From: Rhodosorus marinus CCMP1338
Taxonomy: Eukaryota; Plantae; Rhodophyta
DNA: 64,000 bases
Assembly: GCA_029953675.1 (NCBI GenBank)
Contig: JAMWBK010000009.1
Location: forward strand, 1,736,001 to 1,800,000
Reading direction: 5' to 3'
The translations under genes and the position numbers were made by a program. This document shows, piece after piece, positions 11,684 to 23,814 of the stretch (positions within the stretch are counted from its first letter, which is position 1; each line of letters starts with the position of its first letter). The notes below the pieces were generated by a model. The model was not told the DNA's origin. It saw only the letters and a list, made by a program, of their open reading frames with translations, and ran no database searches.

Positions 11684-12761
11684 TCTTTGATTTACTCCCT
11701 ACAACCCTTCCGCACAGCTTCTGAATGAATACTTTCCTTTCGCGTCAGTCTCGCACTAACCACGTGATCCCGCACCCAAAAACACACTCTCCCCTTTATG
11801 GATCTTCCTCCGTATGAGCTCAACGTTATAACTCGTCTACTAAAACAATGCGGTTTGCAGCTCAGAAGTTCAGTTGAACGAGCGAGTTACTTTTTCAGGT
11901 TTCTTCGACTCCCCTCCCAAAAGGGACGGACTTGGTGATGACCCCGTTCCAAACTGTAACTCCTGGTAGGGTTCTTCATTTCTTAATTTTTTTCATATGT
12001 GAAAACAGAACAGGCCAATGGAGACTGTTCCCAGGGGTGGTGGGTAAGGGGGGAAGGACCGTCTGGCTTTTCCTTGAATAGTTTGAGGCGTACCACAAAA
12101 TCTCGAAGAAATCCAGGTCCATCTGAAAAATCGTCATTTCTGCATTGCATGGAACGCTGCGCAAAATCGTTTGGAGTAAATTTGTGCAACAGCTGCGACC
12201 AGAGAGTCATCTGTGGCTGAGAAATGGACAGACTGTCATTTCTGAAATATGCTGTTGAACGCCGAAACTTGAGTACTCACAAGAATGAGAATGCAAATCC
12301 TATCTATTTCGAGGGGCTTAACCCAACTATTCGATTTTCTTTTAACTTGCAATGATGAACTGGAGTGCAACGAACGTGCGCGGGGGATCGGGGGGCTATG
12401 GACGATCACGCGAGTGGCTCAAAGCATAAAGCGGCAGGCAGAAGCACCTCTGAAACCCGTGACGTCAACCACGCTGAACCGGGGATATATTTTACAACTT
12501 TCTAGTTCCCTAGAAAACTACCTGCATGGTAGACATTTCTGTCCTGCCGGGATGGTGTACAGTCGGCTTCCGCTGATGCTTGGCGTTCGGTGTTCGGGGT
12601 GCGATCGCTCTCAAATTATTGGCGTGTTCCATTTTGTGAAGAGCTGGGCGGGTCGTCCTGGAGGAACCTGAATCGGTGCGTGATAATTTAATCGCAGATC
12701 CTTAGCGGAAAAACCAGTTTTTGGCTTTCCCTGGTCAGGGCTGGTAGCCGAAGTTTGTGTC

Positions 12762-13805
12762 CTAGCGCAGGAGCTGCAGCAAGCACAGAAAGAGTACTGT
12801 GTCAATTGCGAGCCGTTTCGCAATTCTTTGAGTTAGAGGTGGTTCATCAGGGACAGCTACCAAATCTTTGAATGTCAGCGTACTTCCGTTGTTTCCTGCG
12901 TCGCTGTCAATCGCTGCCAGTATACCGGGAACGTGGCCAGCACCCACAACGCCAACTACGGCTTTCCGGCCGTTTACAGCCTTGGACCGCTTCAAGGACC
13001 ATGTCAAATACATGTCCCGTTCCTCAACCAGCGGCTTGTAGAGCTGCGGGTATTCCCTTGACATGAGCAGCAAGGTAGAGTCAACGTTTTGCATCATGGT
13101 TGTGCTCTCAACTTGTGATCCAAGCTTTTGCCGATCGCGAATCTGGCGGACTAACACTATAGCGAACCAGAGCCTGTCTAGTAGGCTCAACGACGCGAGC
13201 GCCCGTTTCAGAGTTATTTCAATTGGTCGGTCTCCGAGCACAAGTTCGGCGCCCACCTTCTTTGCTGCTTTCTGGGATGCACGAAAATCGACGCCAGAAT
13301 CCTTCCTTCCCGCCCTGGCGAGAAGAAACTGAGCGAATAAGGATCCGCCACCACCCAGTCTCAAGCTCCTCCACAGCACTCCAAAAAAATCCTCCTTCCG
13401 TTCTCCCGACAAGCCCATCTCGCTCTCTTGTCCGTACAACATCCCAGATCGAGAGCGACAGAGTTCCACCACAACCGTTTCTGGTTTGATTGCATTCACT
13501 ACACGGGTTACATCTTGAGCCGACTTGGCCGAATGATGGCAGGTTCCTACAATGAAGATGTCCGAAGGTTCAACGTATCCATCTACTCTCCTCTCGACGT
13601 AATCCGCCCTGCGTTTCCTATGCACGAGCACCCCGCTCTCAAGAAGATCGCTGAGACTCCTCCAATCCGCCGAACATTTCAATGGCCGCAGTCGTTCACG
13701 ACGGTTTTTATCCCATGCCTTTGTGAGGCCAACGAAACTACTTGAATTCGAAACCATAGGAAACGAGTTCACATTCCCCTTGCCCTCTTCTCCGCACGTT
13801 TCCAT
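12762..13805 (-). CDS. TraB/PrgY/GumN-family (TRABD-like) protein with a C-terminal hydrophobic anchor, single exon
   Basis: IFIVGTCHHSAKS, PETVVVELCRSR, GDRPIEITLKRA, ERDMYLTWSLKRS and VVGVVGAGHVPGI are TraB-family motifs. Confidence 0.9.
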   Translation of the reverse strand: METCGEEGKGNVNSFPMVSNSSSFVGLTKAWDKNRRERLRPLKCSADWRSLSDLLESGVLVHRKRRADYVERRVDGYVEPSDIFIVGTCHHSAKSAQDVTRVVNAIKPETVVVELCRSRSGMLYGQESEMGLSGERKEDFFGVLWRSLRLGGGGSLFAQFLLARAGRKDSGVDFRASQKAAKKVGAELVLGDRPIEITLKRALASLSLLDRLWFAIVLVRQIRDRQKLGSQVESTTMMQNVDSTLLLMSREYPQLYKPLVEERDMYLTWSLKRSKAVNGRKAVVGVVGAGHVPGILAAIDSDAGNNGSTLTFKDLVAVPDEPPLTQRIAKRLAIDTVLFLCLLQLLR

Positions 13806-14347
13806 GCCGTAAATCCTCCCGACGTTGCTCGCAAACGCTGCATGCTCAAACTATGCCATCACCTCAAAAGCTTACCCTCAGACTTGGAAATGCAAACTAG
13901 TTCCCTTCACTTATGGTAATAACCCTGGCCTCGGGGGTTTTCCGAAGAGATATCCTTTGTCAGGAGGAATGTCGTACAGAACAGAGCCGTTCCCCTCTTC
14001 AACTTCCTGCGTTTGCATTCGGCCGCCTTGTCACATGCCGAGCGGCCGAACGTAAGACAGCTAATAGATTAGTCAACCGTCGATGGTCCTTCCCCATCGG
14101 TCGCATTGCGTTGGTGAAGAGTTAGAACTGCACCAGGATTGCGTTTCCTCAGGTTGAGGAGGATGCTTTATCCGAGGACTGTCCATTATTCCTGACAATG
14201 AATTGATTTGGTCAAAAACTGCAAGTGCAAGCTGATTTTCCGGAAGGACGAGTTGCACTCGCAGTTACTAGACATTCTGATGTGGACGGAGCCTGCGAAG
14301 TACATTTTCGTTTTAGTTTCCGTTATTTGGTCTGGACTCTGTGCACT

Positions 14348-15525
14348 TTATTGCACACCGCTTTGCCACGTCATGTTATGCACTGGTTCGAAGATCTTGA
14401 GCACATCGTTCAACAAGCCTTCATCGATTGTTTCCGTTGCAGCGCTCAGGCATGATGTCAGAGTTTTAACGCTCTCGATACCAACTAGGGTGCTGCACAT
14501 ATCTCGGTCGTCCAGTGCATACTGCAAAGCTAGCCTAGGCAACTCCGCATTTCGCTCTGCACAAAGCGCTGCTGCTCTCCTCGCTGCTGACTTGAGTTCC
14601 TCGGGTGCTGGATGCCACGGAGGCCCTCCGGAGGGAGTCAGAAGACCCATGCTTAGGGCCGAAGCGTTTACAATTCCCACGCCCTTTCTCTGAAAATACG
14701 GCACGAAATCGCGCAGGGATGTATCGTTCAAGCAATTATGACAGTACGACAGTATCAAGTCGAGCTCAACTTGGGAACGATCTAGTACGTTTGGATAAAC
14801 CGATAGTGGAAGGCCTGTTATGCCAATCGCCCGTATCTTCCCACTTTCCTTCAACTTTTTCAAGGCAGGGAGAGTTTCTGAAACGATCTTTCGTGCGGGA
14901 ATGCCGAGGGTATGACCAAGGTCCAAGACGCCGCGATCGAGGGAAAGCGAAAAACAAACGGGCAGCTCAGCTCGTGTTGGTGCAGAATGAACCAGACCGG
15001 ACCCACGCAGAGTGACTTCGATTTTAAGTACCTGGTCTAAGTTCCCGAACTCAATATCGTGGCATTGGACAATATCCAGGTAGTCTGTTTGCAACCTTTT
15101 CAGTGATTCCTCGACCGAGGCAGTCACCCTACCAGCTGAGAAGTCAAATTCGGTCTCGCCGTATCGTCCCACTTTCGTGGCGACGATTATCTCGTTTCGC
15201 GGTAGGTCTGCTATCGCGCGCCCCAGAACTTCCTCAGATTTTGTGAGTCCATAGAAAGGAGATGTGTCGAACAGGTTTATGCCAGACTTGAACGCCTCGT
15301 GCACTGCGCGAATGCCGTCGGACTCCTACATCAGGGCACAGAGACTGTCAGGAGGAGCGCTCCGATATTTGTGTCTTTTTTCACGTCTGATGTTATAGTT
15401 GCGTGCTTTTTCCTCACGTCAATACTTCCGAAAACACCTCCCAACGGGGAACCCCCGAAACCTATCGGGCTAACCTCCATCCCGGTGCGCCCAAGAGGAC
15501 GACGTTCTCGAGGATGCACGACCAT
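14348..15525 (-). CDS. GalDH: L-galactose dehydrogenase (aldo-keto reductase fold, Smirnoff-Wheeler ascorbate pathway), 3 exons, about 313 aa
   Basis: Exons 15525-15418, 15325-15032 and 14887-14348 give 942 nt in frame. Motifs RPLGRTG.EVS.IGFGGSPLGGVFG, FDTSPFYG.TKSE.VLG, ATKVGRYG, CHDIEFG.LDQIV.ETLPAL and C-terminal TWQSG match plant GalDH. Confidence 0.92.
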
Positions 15526-16072
15526 TGCAGATTCACCTCTGGCACCAAACCGAACGGAATCATGCAAAGTATACAGGAGACGTCTAAGTCCGCAAAGAGG
15601 CGATCCTCCTCCAATTTCACCAACCAGTCCCCGAGACTGGCGCTAGCGAGGTGAAACCCAAGCTTCCTAAAGTCCGTCCAGGTCACCATATACCCAATGC
15701 TCATTGAGAATCACTGTGATCTGGACGAGCAGATTGGTGGGCTTCTCGTCTACCAATAGCTCCGTATCTAGGTTTGCACGGGTTGGACGGAAGCCGATGG
15801 AGGCCATAACGTTTTTTACATCCGCTTCAGGTCTCCAGGGACCTTGTCGTGGACCTGACTATCCAGTCCGGTTAGGATAAAGCGGGGAGCGAGGGTGTGT
15901 ATTGATATGCTTTTAATAAACGATTCTATGAATTTGTGCAATAAACTATATTTTCGAGAGGAGCTTATTCAAATCGGGAGAAAAAATACTATCCAAGGAG
16001 GGATTGCTAGGTTTCTACCAGACACGTCGCTAGTATGAGATCCCAGCTTCTCTCCATGGCGATCGACCTCTC

Positions 16073-16387
16073 CTAATCCTCTCTGGACTTTGAGGTAGAT
16101 TCCAGGTTGAAGGAAACTTTTTTTCTGCTCCCTGAAAAGCTGGAAGCGTTCTCAGTCGAATTGTCAGACCCGCGCGACCGTTGCGTGCTTCTGTATTGGG
16201 ATTCCGTTTCATATTCCATTGAGGTGAGTATGCGAGAGCGCTTCTTCCTCACCTGTTTGGCTCTGGACTTCAGCCCCTTCTCTAATTCTAAACCTGATTT
16301 TCGCCGTAGGTACAATCTCACAAACTCTGACACATCCTCTTCTTCATCAGAAGACAATTCTTCAGAGCAATACAGACCGCTCGCCAT
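16073..16387 (-). CDS. Small orphan charged protein (104 aa) with an acidic patch, a basic patch and a KKVSF (RVxF-type) motif
   Basis: ATG-to-stop ORF with strongly biased, protein-like composition (SSDEEEDVSEF; KQVRKKRSR; KKVSF). I do not recognise a family. Confidence 0.55.
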   Translation of the reverse strand: MASGLYCSEELSSDEEEDVSEFVRLYLRRKSGLELEKGLKSRAKQVRKKRSRILTSMEYETESQYRSTQRSRGSDNSTENASSFSGSRKKVSFNLESTSKSRED

Positions 16388-18272
16388 TTTTTATATCCCG
16401 TGCCCTCCCTAAATGTTACTGAACCAGTAAGGCAGCTGCCTCCTCATAGAAATCCAACCACAATGGGAATTCTTATTAGTCCAGAACGTGCCCGCGCTCG
16501 GAGACCACAAAAGTCTCCCTTCACAAGCTTTCTTTCCCAGTGAAAACCAGAGTTATTCACACTCGGGGGCGAGAAGGAGCTACCTTTCAGTCCTGCACTT
16601 GGATTATCTCCCAACCGTTCCGTCGTCGTCGTAGCAGAGTCCGTATTTCCTCTCTCCCTGTAGCTAGGAGCGCTCTGACAGTGTGTCAAAGACCTTCACG
16701 ATCAGAATGCCAACTAATGACTTCCATTTCAGCGATCCCTCGTTCAGCCCCTTTGGAAAACTTACTAGAGCACATGTACATTTGCCAGCTTCCATCCACA
16801 AAATAGATATTATATGAACGATAAAAATTCGACTATACTGAGCAAGGATTTCAATACCCAGGAGTGGGGGAAACCCTGCATCGTTTAGGTCTCATAAAGG
16901 GGGGGTACGGAAAGCCAGCATTTTCCCCATTGTCCAGGTTTTTGAAACAATTCTGCAGGGATTCTGAGCGAAGGGAGGGTTTTCGCGTAGGCGAGTTTCT
17001 GCTCAGAGTACAAGGCATGTACCGCATTCTTGGTCCAAAATACCATATCCTGTTTTGCTTGAAAAAACAACTCAGAGCCGGTAGACCCACTTACTATTAT
17101 TGCTCAGCGCTGACCAAAACCTTGATGCGAGATATCGGGATTTTCCGTATTTTCGAAAAACTAGCTGCTGGACATGAGAGCCTCTATTCTGTCCTTATGC
17201 TTACGCTATTTGGGATTTGCTATTCCAGCTGATGGAGGTGTCCTCCTATGTTTAAGGAAATATTTGATGAATTCAGGGATCAGTATAGGAAGAGAGTCCT
17301 TCAGTGATCCTATGAGTACGCCTCCCTACAGCTTATCATACGGCTTCGTCCATTATTTAGAGCCGCCCAACTCAATTATTGACGAGTGATGCAGGACGGT
17401 CAGAATTCAACAGTAAATATGAACACAATGAATGATTCAAGGGCAAAATCGAGTTCAGCAATATCTCGTGCCCTATTTCTCTAATTTATGATCTCTCCTC
17501 GACGGGAACAAATTGGACGAATGCTTGCCTCCGGCGATGTCCTCTGAAGAACTTCACGAACGTTGACGGAGCGCTTCATTCCCAAATTTCCTGCAAAGCA
17601 AAGGGGTCCCCGCCCCTTGGGATACAGAATGGGACTGCAGGAAGCAGCCTCGATAGGTGCCACCAAAGTCCCACGTCTAGTCAGCTCTCGTGTATCGAAT
17701 TATACTGCACGTAGGCACTAGGTGATGGCGAAAAGCTCTCTCGTTCAATGACAGACAGAAATCACCACATCATTGTTTTTGTCCTTCAGGAGGCATACCC
17801 GACTCTCGTCGCCTGAAAAAAGAAGAAAAAAAGGAAGAAAAGGGAAGATTCATTGATAGTTTTATCTGTGGTCAAGTTTTTGAATTTTAAAAAAGCAGCG
17901 GGTTCGGGACTATTTAACGGCTAGGCACCGGATTGCAGGATTCCAACACGAGCGTATTTGCTAACTCAGGGGTTGATGAGCGAAGCTCAAATCTCCTTGA
18001 GTAGATGTCTCTCGTTGCGTTCCGGTATTCGATGTAGATGTTCTCTGATAATAGAGCACGGGATTAGTTGAGGGTCGATGCATTCGTTTTGTATGCACCT
18101 GTCCGGCTAAGAGAGAGATTCAAGTAGTCTTGAGGAAGTTCATTGGAGGAGGTCTTCGGGAGGTCGTAGCAGATTGAAGTCGATCCTGAGTGAGCGGTAC
18201 TTTTCAATATGCAGTAGTGAAACTTCTGCTATTTGGTTGTCGCCTCTGCTACGTATTGAGTGTCAGCCCGCG

Positions 18273-21056
18273 ATGCCGACTTCGGTGCTAGTATCATGTG
18301 GGGCCAAGGGCATTCAGTCCTGGAAACTGAACTCCAGTGGAGTTCGATCATCAACCACGCTAAGGTTCAAGTCGGAATCTCCATGTTGTGGGTTTGGAAA
18401 TCAAGGTGCACTTTTAGGGGTCGGAACTGGTAATGGGCGCATCGAAATACGCGATGGCATGAGGGGGGGTTTGGTGGCAAGCTTGGCTTCTGGCTACTCT
18501 GCTGTTAAATCACTTACTTTTGGGGGTGAGCTGGCTAGTATGATGTGCTCTGGACATGAAGACGGAAAGCTAAGGGTCTGGAATGTACACAGCAGGGAAG
18601 TCGTGAAAGAGTTCGATGGAAACGGACCAGTCAAGTGCTGTAGTATGAGAAAGGGAGATGAATATGTGGCTTACGGGAGCGGTTCAAGTGTAACGGTGGC
18701 GTCCCTGAAATCCAACAGGAAAGTTTTAGAGCTGGAAATGGCCGCAAATCCTTCTAATGTCTCTGACCTCCGCTGGTCTCCTTTTCGGAAGAGCGTTGTT
18801 GCCGCTGGCAGTGACAGCGGCGCGCTTAAAGTTTGGGACGTTACTAGGCCTGAAATACCGTCAATGGCAATAGGTGATGCCCATTCTGCGCCGGTTAGTA
18901 ACGTTCGATTTTCGCCAGTGAATCATCTCCTGTTCAGTACGGCCTCGCTCGACAAGAGGATCCGGTACTATGATATACGAGTGAAAAAGTGTATCAAAGT
19001 TCTACGTGTTGAAGCTCCTGTCACGGCCTTTGACTTTCACGGAAGTGGTTATCGAGTAGCAGCCGCAGTATCTACAGGCCAGGTACTAATGTACGACTTA
19101 CGGGCAGGAGGTCATACTGCTATTCATACCTTAGAGGCTAACGACAAGGGTATCAGTAGCGTGGTATTTCGTCCCACGCTCAGTAGTGGACTCGATCAAT
19201 CTACCGTTCTCTCGAGGATATCGTCGCATCAAGCGGACGCGTCTGTGAACGCAATTGGGACCCCTACCTCAGCAGGAAAGGAAACTGCTGAGTCCATGTT
19301 CATTTTTTCACCGACGAACGCGTCGAGAGTAAGCATATCACCGTCCAAGATTTCCGAACGAGAATCGAGGAATGAAAGCAGAGGCTACAGCAATATTGAC
19401 AAAATCTGTTCTGAGGGTATTTTCTCCCGTGATTTTCTTCCGCTTTTGACCAGCCCGTTGCCGAGATGACAGTACAAGTTGCTGAAGAAGAATCAGTAAT
19501 CATCCCACGAGTTGGAGCGGATCAGCTGAAAAAGGTACAGCCCTTTCCGGTGCTTTCTGAGGCTTCCTTCTCGGTTCTCAACGGAAAGGGCCATCTCCCA
19601 CGCGAAGATGTCCGCTCTGCGAAGGAGAACAAAGAAAACCTCCCTACAGAAAGTATGCTATCTACGCTGCTCGCCCTCACTGGCCGAAGAAAATTGGTTT
19701 CCAGACTTTCTTCCAGCCTTTTGGGTTTTACCCTCTTCTATTTCCGCTGACCACCGTCTTCCTTTCTTCGCTTTGGTAGTTCCCAGTGTTGTGGAACCCG
19801 CTAGCGGAAGGGGGTTCGATGACGATTCCGTAATAATTCCGAGGGTGACATTAGAACCTTCTAGACAGCAGCCGAGCACTACGAGTGACCGTGCAGAAGT
19901 ATCTACAGCTTTGCACCTTTCATCAAACGGAAGAGGAGAAGATCAGAAGCCTACAAAGCAAATCGAGAGCGGATCAAACTCTTTACTGTCTCCCCCGAGC
20001 AAAGTCCAAGTTCAAAACTCGGTTCTGGGTGACGTTTCCTCACCTGCCCTTGTTCAACCTGCAAAGAGCAAGATGAGACAAAAAGCATCTGATGAAGGCG
20101 GTGACGAGCACGGCGATCGCAACTTGGTCGGCGGCGAAATGCCTAGTCTTCAAAGATCAACTGGTGTTGAGGGTGTACGCGTTCGAGAGTCGATCTCCAC
20201 TGGTAGAGACATTAAGCTGTCACGGCACCCCACCGACACGCCAACCACAGAAGAGTCGCAGAGCCCTTGCATTCCTGTCGAGTCAAAAAGTCCTAGTCCC
20301 CCGTTGACTGCTGATCTTAGCTCTGGGAAGGGCGAAGACACTTCGGCTCTCCAAGGTCAAGAGAGGACCGTAGAGGCTGAGTCTGTGAATGGAGTACAGT
20401 TGGCTGAGAAGAAGGTGGGCGGTGATACCAGCCTCGGCATTACTGTGGTGAGAAAGCTCGACGTCGGAACCGTCGAGGTTGGTGCACATAGACCAAGGAC
20501 AGGGACGGGCCAAGAATTTCGTTGCAACCGTCCTAGTACAGCGATCTCGGCAAAAGAAAAAGACCAGGCAGCTGAAGGAACGGTAATAAGGAACGCCAAC
20601 AGATCGCTGGCCGCCGCTGGTCAAGAAGCTCTTGACGTGCCCAGGCAGATTACGCACAACGGTGAAACCGGGAAGATGAATGTGACGCAACGCAGAAGGA
20701 AGAATGGATTGAAACCAGAACAACCTAAGCCTGAGGAAAGATCAGAGGGTCTTCTAGGTCAACATGTGGACAGAGCACCATCTAAGGAGCTGCGCGCCAA
20801 GGGTGATGCCGCCGCTGAAAACTTGAAAGAAGGAATCCTGACCAAATGCGTGGAGGACGCAATGTACGTAGTCACCGCAGATCTTCGGAGCGACTTAAGA
20901 AACCTTCATATGGAGTTGCTAAGGGGTTTTCATGAGAACCAAGTAGAGACTAGAAGGCTCATATATGAACAGAACGCTGTGAATAAGGAGATGAGCCGCG
21001 AAGTGGAGGAACTTCGTTGTGAGAATAGAATTCTCCGTGCGCGGATACATAACTAG
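18273..21056 (+). CDS. NEDD1: NEDD1/GCP-WD (gamma-tubulin ring complex targeting factor), 3 exons, about 866 aa
   Basis: N-terminal WD40 repeats (AHSAPVSNVRFSPVNHLLFSTASLDKRIRYYD; APVTAFDF). Introns 19417-19472 and 19653-19779 give an in-frame 2601-nt CDS. C-terminal DLRSDLRNLHMELLRGFH...EVEELRCENRILR matches the NEDD1 gamma-tubulin-binding helix. Confidence 0.88.
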
Positions 21057-21375
21057 GTCTCGGAATCAGTTGGAGCGAATCGGTAATTTAAGTTGGCTCT
21101 GTGATTTCCGCATAGAACCTTTGTTCTCCGCTACCATCAACTAACATTAAATAAAAGTATGAGCCGATAAAGGCTTGCTCTGATCAAGAAGAAAAGCTGC
21201 CTAGTTGAAGGCAACATTATCCAGAGGAAGAGGACAGGAGACGAATACCACCATCCAGCAAATGGCATTGTTCTCGTGCAGCCCTCAGGAAAGTGGCTTT
21301 CACAGCCGTTTCTAGGGTACGAGGAAGGTAGTAGCGGCCACTCTGACCAAGTGGATCGGGAGGGTCAGCCACATC

Positions 21376-22388
21376 CTAACCGTTTAAGTGCAGCCTCCTA
21401 GGCTCTTCGTGCTCTGGAATCCCGAAGTTGAGCCACTCCATGCTCGGCGTGATTATCAAGTTCTGCGAAACAATGGGAAGTCCCGGACGAACAAGGGACC
21501 CAGTAAGCACCGTGTTTCTAACGGGGTAGAGACGAGGCATAGATGCAAAAGCAGGATCGCAAGCCGTTTTCTGATCTGGGAAAGGCCGTCCCCCGCTCAT
21601 GAGCATGCGGCGGCAACGCTAGTTGGTCCACATCTTGCTATTTCTCTGGCACGCGAGTTAGCGTGCTCCACGTACCTCGAATCCAGCGGAAGTATAAAGT
21701 GACTGGGCTGCTACGTTGTCTCGTTCTACGTGCAGCAAGATCTCTTCAGCCACAACCTCCGTTGCAAGGTTAACCACTGTTCGCAGAAGACTTTGGCCAA
21801 CTCCTTGCTTTCTATGGCTCAAGTCTACGGCCATGCTTGAAATGTAGATTACCTTCCTGAACAAACACAGAGTATTTAGTGCAGACAGGAACGATTGTGA
21901 GCGTTTTTTTGGCCAGGGGCAGCTCCTAGGATAGCATACTAAACCAATCTATATCGTTTCCTTCCAACGGTTACTCGACTGGTTCATCGGATCACGAATT
22001 CAAATGGCAGCACTCACCTCTCCTTGGAGATGAAAGCGTTACTATATTTCACCAGATTTCCCTTGTCATTGTAGAGGGTCGCATCCACACTACCAACGAT
22101 GACGTTCGACGGCCTGGACACGGCTACGAAACATGCCACACTTCCCGTCGCGATCCGGTTTGTTATTGCGTTGTAGATGTTTCTACGACGATTTATTTCC
22201 GAATCGGGGCCGCCGAAGACCCTGCTCCTCAAGTCTGCAACCTCCATGACCTCCTGAGGTACAACCCGTCTCAGCAAGACTTCTCCCTTTGGCTTGGCCG
22301 GATCGAAAACTGCGCGGCAAACTGCTGTCCTGTCCCTGCCGACCAATTTGCTCGGCAAAAGGAAATGCTGAAATCCCATGGAGCACAT
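21376..22388 (-). CDS. GNAT-family acetyltransferase, probably plastid-targeted; last exon uncertain
   Basis: MCSMGFQ... transit-peptide-like start. Intron 21857-22017 joins ...SKER to KVIYISSMAVDLSHRKQGVGQSLL...LLHVERDNVAAQSLYTSAGFE (acetyl-CoA motif V...HRKQGVG and N..A..LY...GF). Donor at 21675. Confidence 0.8.
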
Positions 22389-23412
22389 GGCGTAAGAGTC
22401 CTGATCAAGAGCCTGATCCGATTCACATTACTGCCTCTCCCAATTGCGTTAACCACACTCCATCACGGCGCTCAGGCTAGAGGAGCGTAAATGCATCGAG
22501 ACCTTCGCTCGGGTGTGGTGGGTTGACGCGTTTTGCCGACCCCTGAGGTGCATAGGATAGGCAATAAAGCAGACACCTTCACGATCCGACATTCTCGAGA
22601 GCCTCTCTGTGACGCTGCGCGTCTTGTATTTCGATTTTGGACGAGGCTGACGTTGTTGCACTGTACAAGCTTGATCTAGATGGCATGTGGTGGCGGGATC
22701 AACCGGAGAAGACTGACGTCTAGGAGAAGCTGCCGAGTGGCGCCCAGGCACTTGATGCGTGGTAATCGGACTGGACAAGCAGCAAATCCACCACCAAAAA
22801 CATCCTTGATCTCGATAAGCAATTCAATAAAGGACGTGCCCATTCTTCAAAACAGAAAAAACGAGGACAAAGCGTGCCAGACCCGGCAAAACGGTAGAGG
22901 CCTGGCCAATCAAAAACACGGGAACGTTTGATTGACCGGTAGAAAAACTTCCACCGCAGCAATAACTTCATCCTACCAACTCGGCACCGCCCCCTTCCCT
23001 CCCCCCCTCCCCCGGCCCCCGGCAGGACCGACTTCAAGATGGTCATGCTTAATGTCCCCAAATATATCTCCCAGAGCACAATCGGAACCTTCCCTTCATT
23101 ACTTCAATCATTATTAGGAAATATAGTCATTATTCTTCCTTCAGTCAATTTTATCGGTCAGTTGTGGGCTTTTGAAGAGGTACCCGAGAGTGTAGGAAAA
23201 AAGGTTGCTACCCCTCCCAGCGAGGGTGTGTGGTGTGGTCCCTTTTTTCAGAATTTTTAGGCATTCTATTCCACGAATGGCGAATAGCTTTTTCCTGTTC
23301 ATCTGTGCAGAGGCCCGTGAATAAAGGCAATTCGGGGTGCCACAGCGGGTGGCTTTATCGATCTTTTAGAATCGGGTCTTTTGAGTGTGTCGTGGACCTT
23401 TTGTTTGTGTTT

Positions 23413-23448
23413 GGTGTTTTTAGTGTTTTTGGTGTTTCTGGTGTTTTT
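23413..23448. repeat. Short tandem repeat, 4 x 9 bp (GGTGTTTTT consensus)
   Basis: ggtgttttt agtgttttt ggtgtttct ggtgttttt, in the G/T-skewed region upstream of COPG. Confidence 0.8.
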
Positions 23449-23814
23449 GTGGGGGTGGCCTGGGGATTTGGAATTCTGTGCTGATCAACATAGTTTTTCG
23501 TGCTTGGCTGGTTTGGTTCGGATATGCAGGTGTTGCGGGGCCAAGTGAGGAGTAGGTTGTGAGAAGTTGTTGCTGCATTCCAGCTGGGTATGGGTGATGG
23601 GATGCTATTCACTCTGTGATGGTGGGCGTAGGGAGCGGAAAGTGTGAAATTTGAAAAAGTTAAGTGATTTGGATCGTGATTCTTGGGCATCGGGGTGACC
23701 GCCATCTATTGGGGTATTGTGGGTCGTAACGAAAGATCGATTGGTGCATACTTGTGGCCATCCGTGTGCGGTCGAGGGTGACTCTTGCTCGTAGGATATT
23801 GGAGCATCGTAAGC

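Noticed and set aside
23355-23705. ORF with TPK/TPE repeats on the minus strand
   Set aside because: Explained by the 9-bp GGTGTTTTT repeat and strand skew upstream of COPG.
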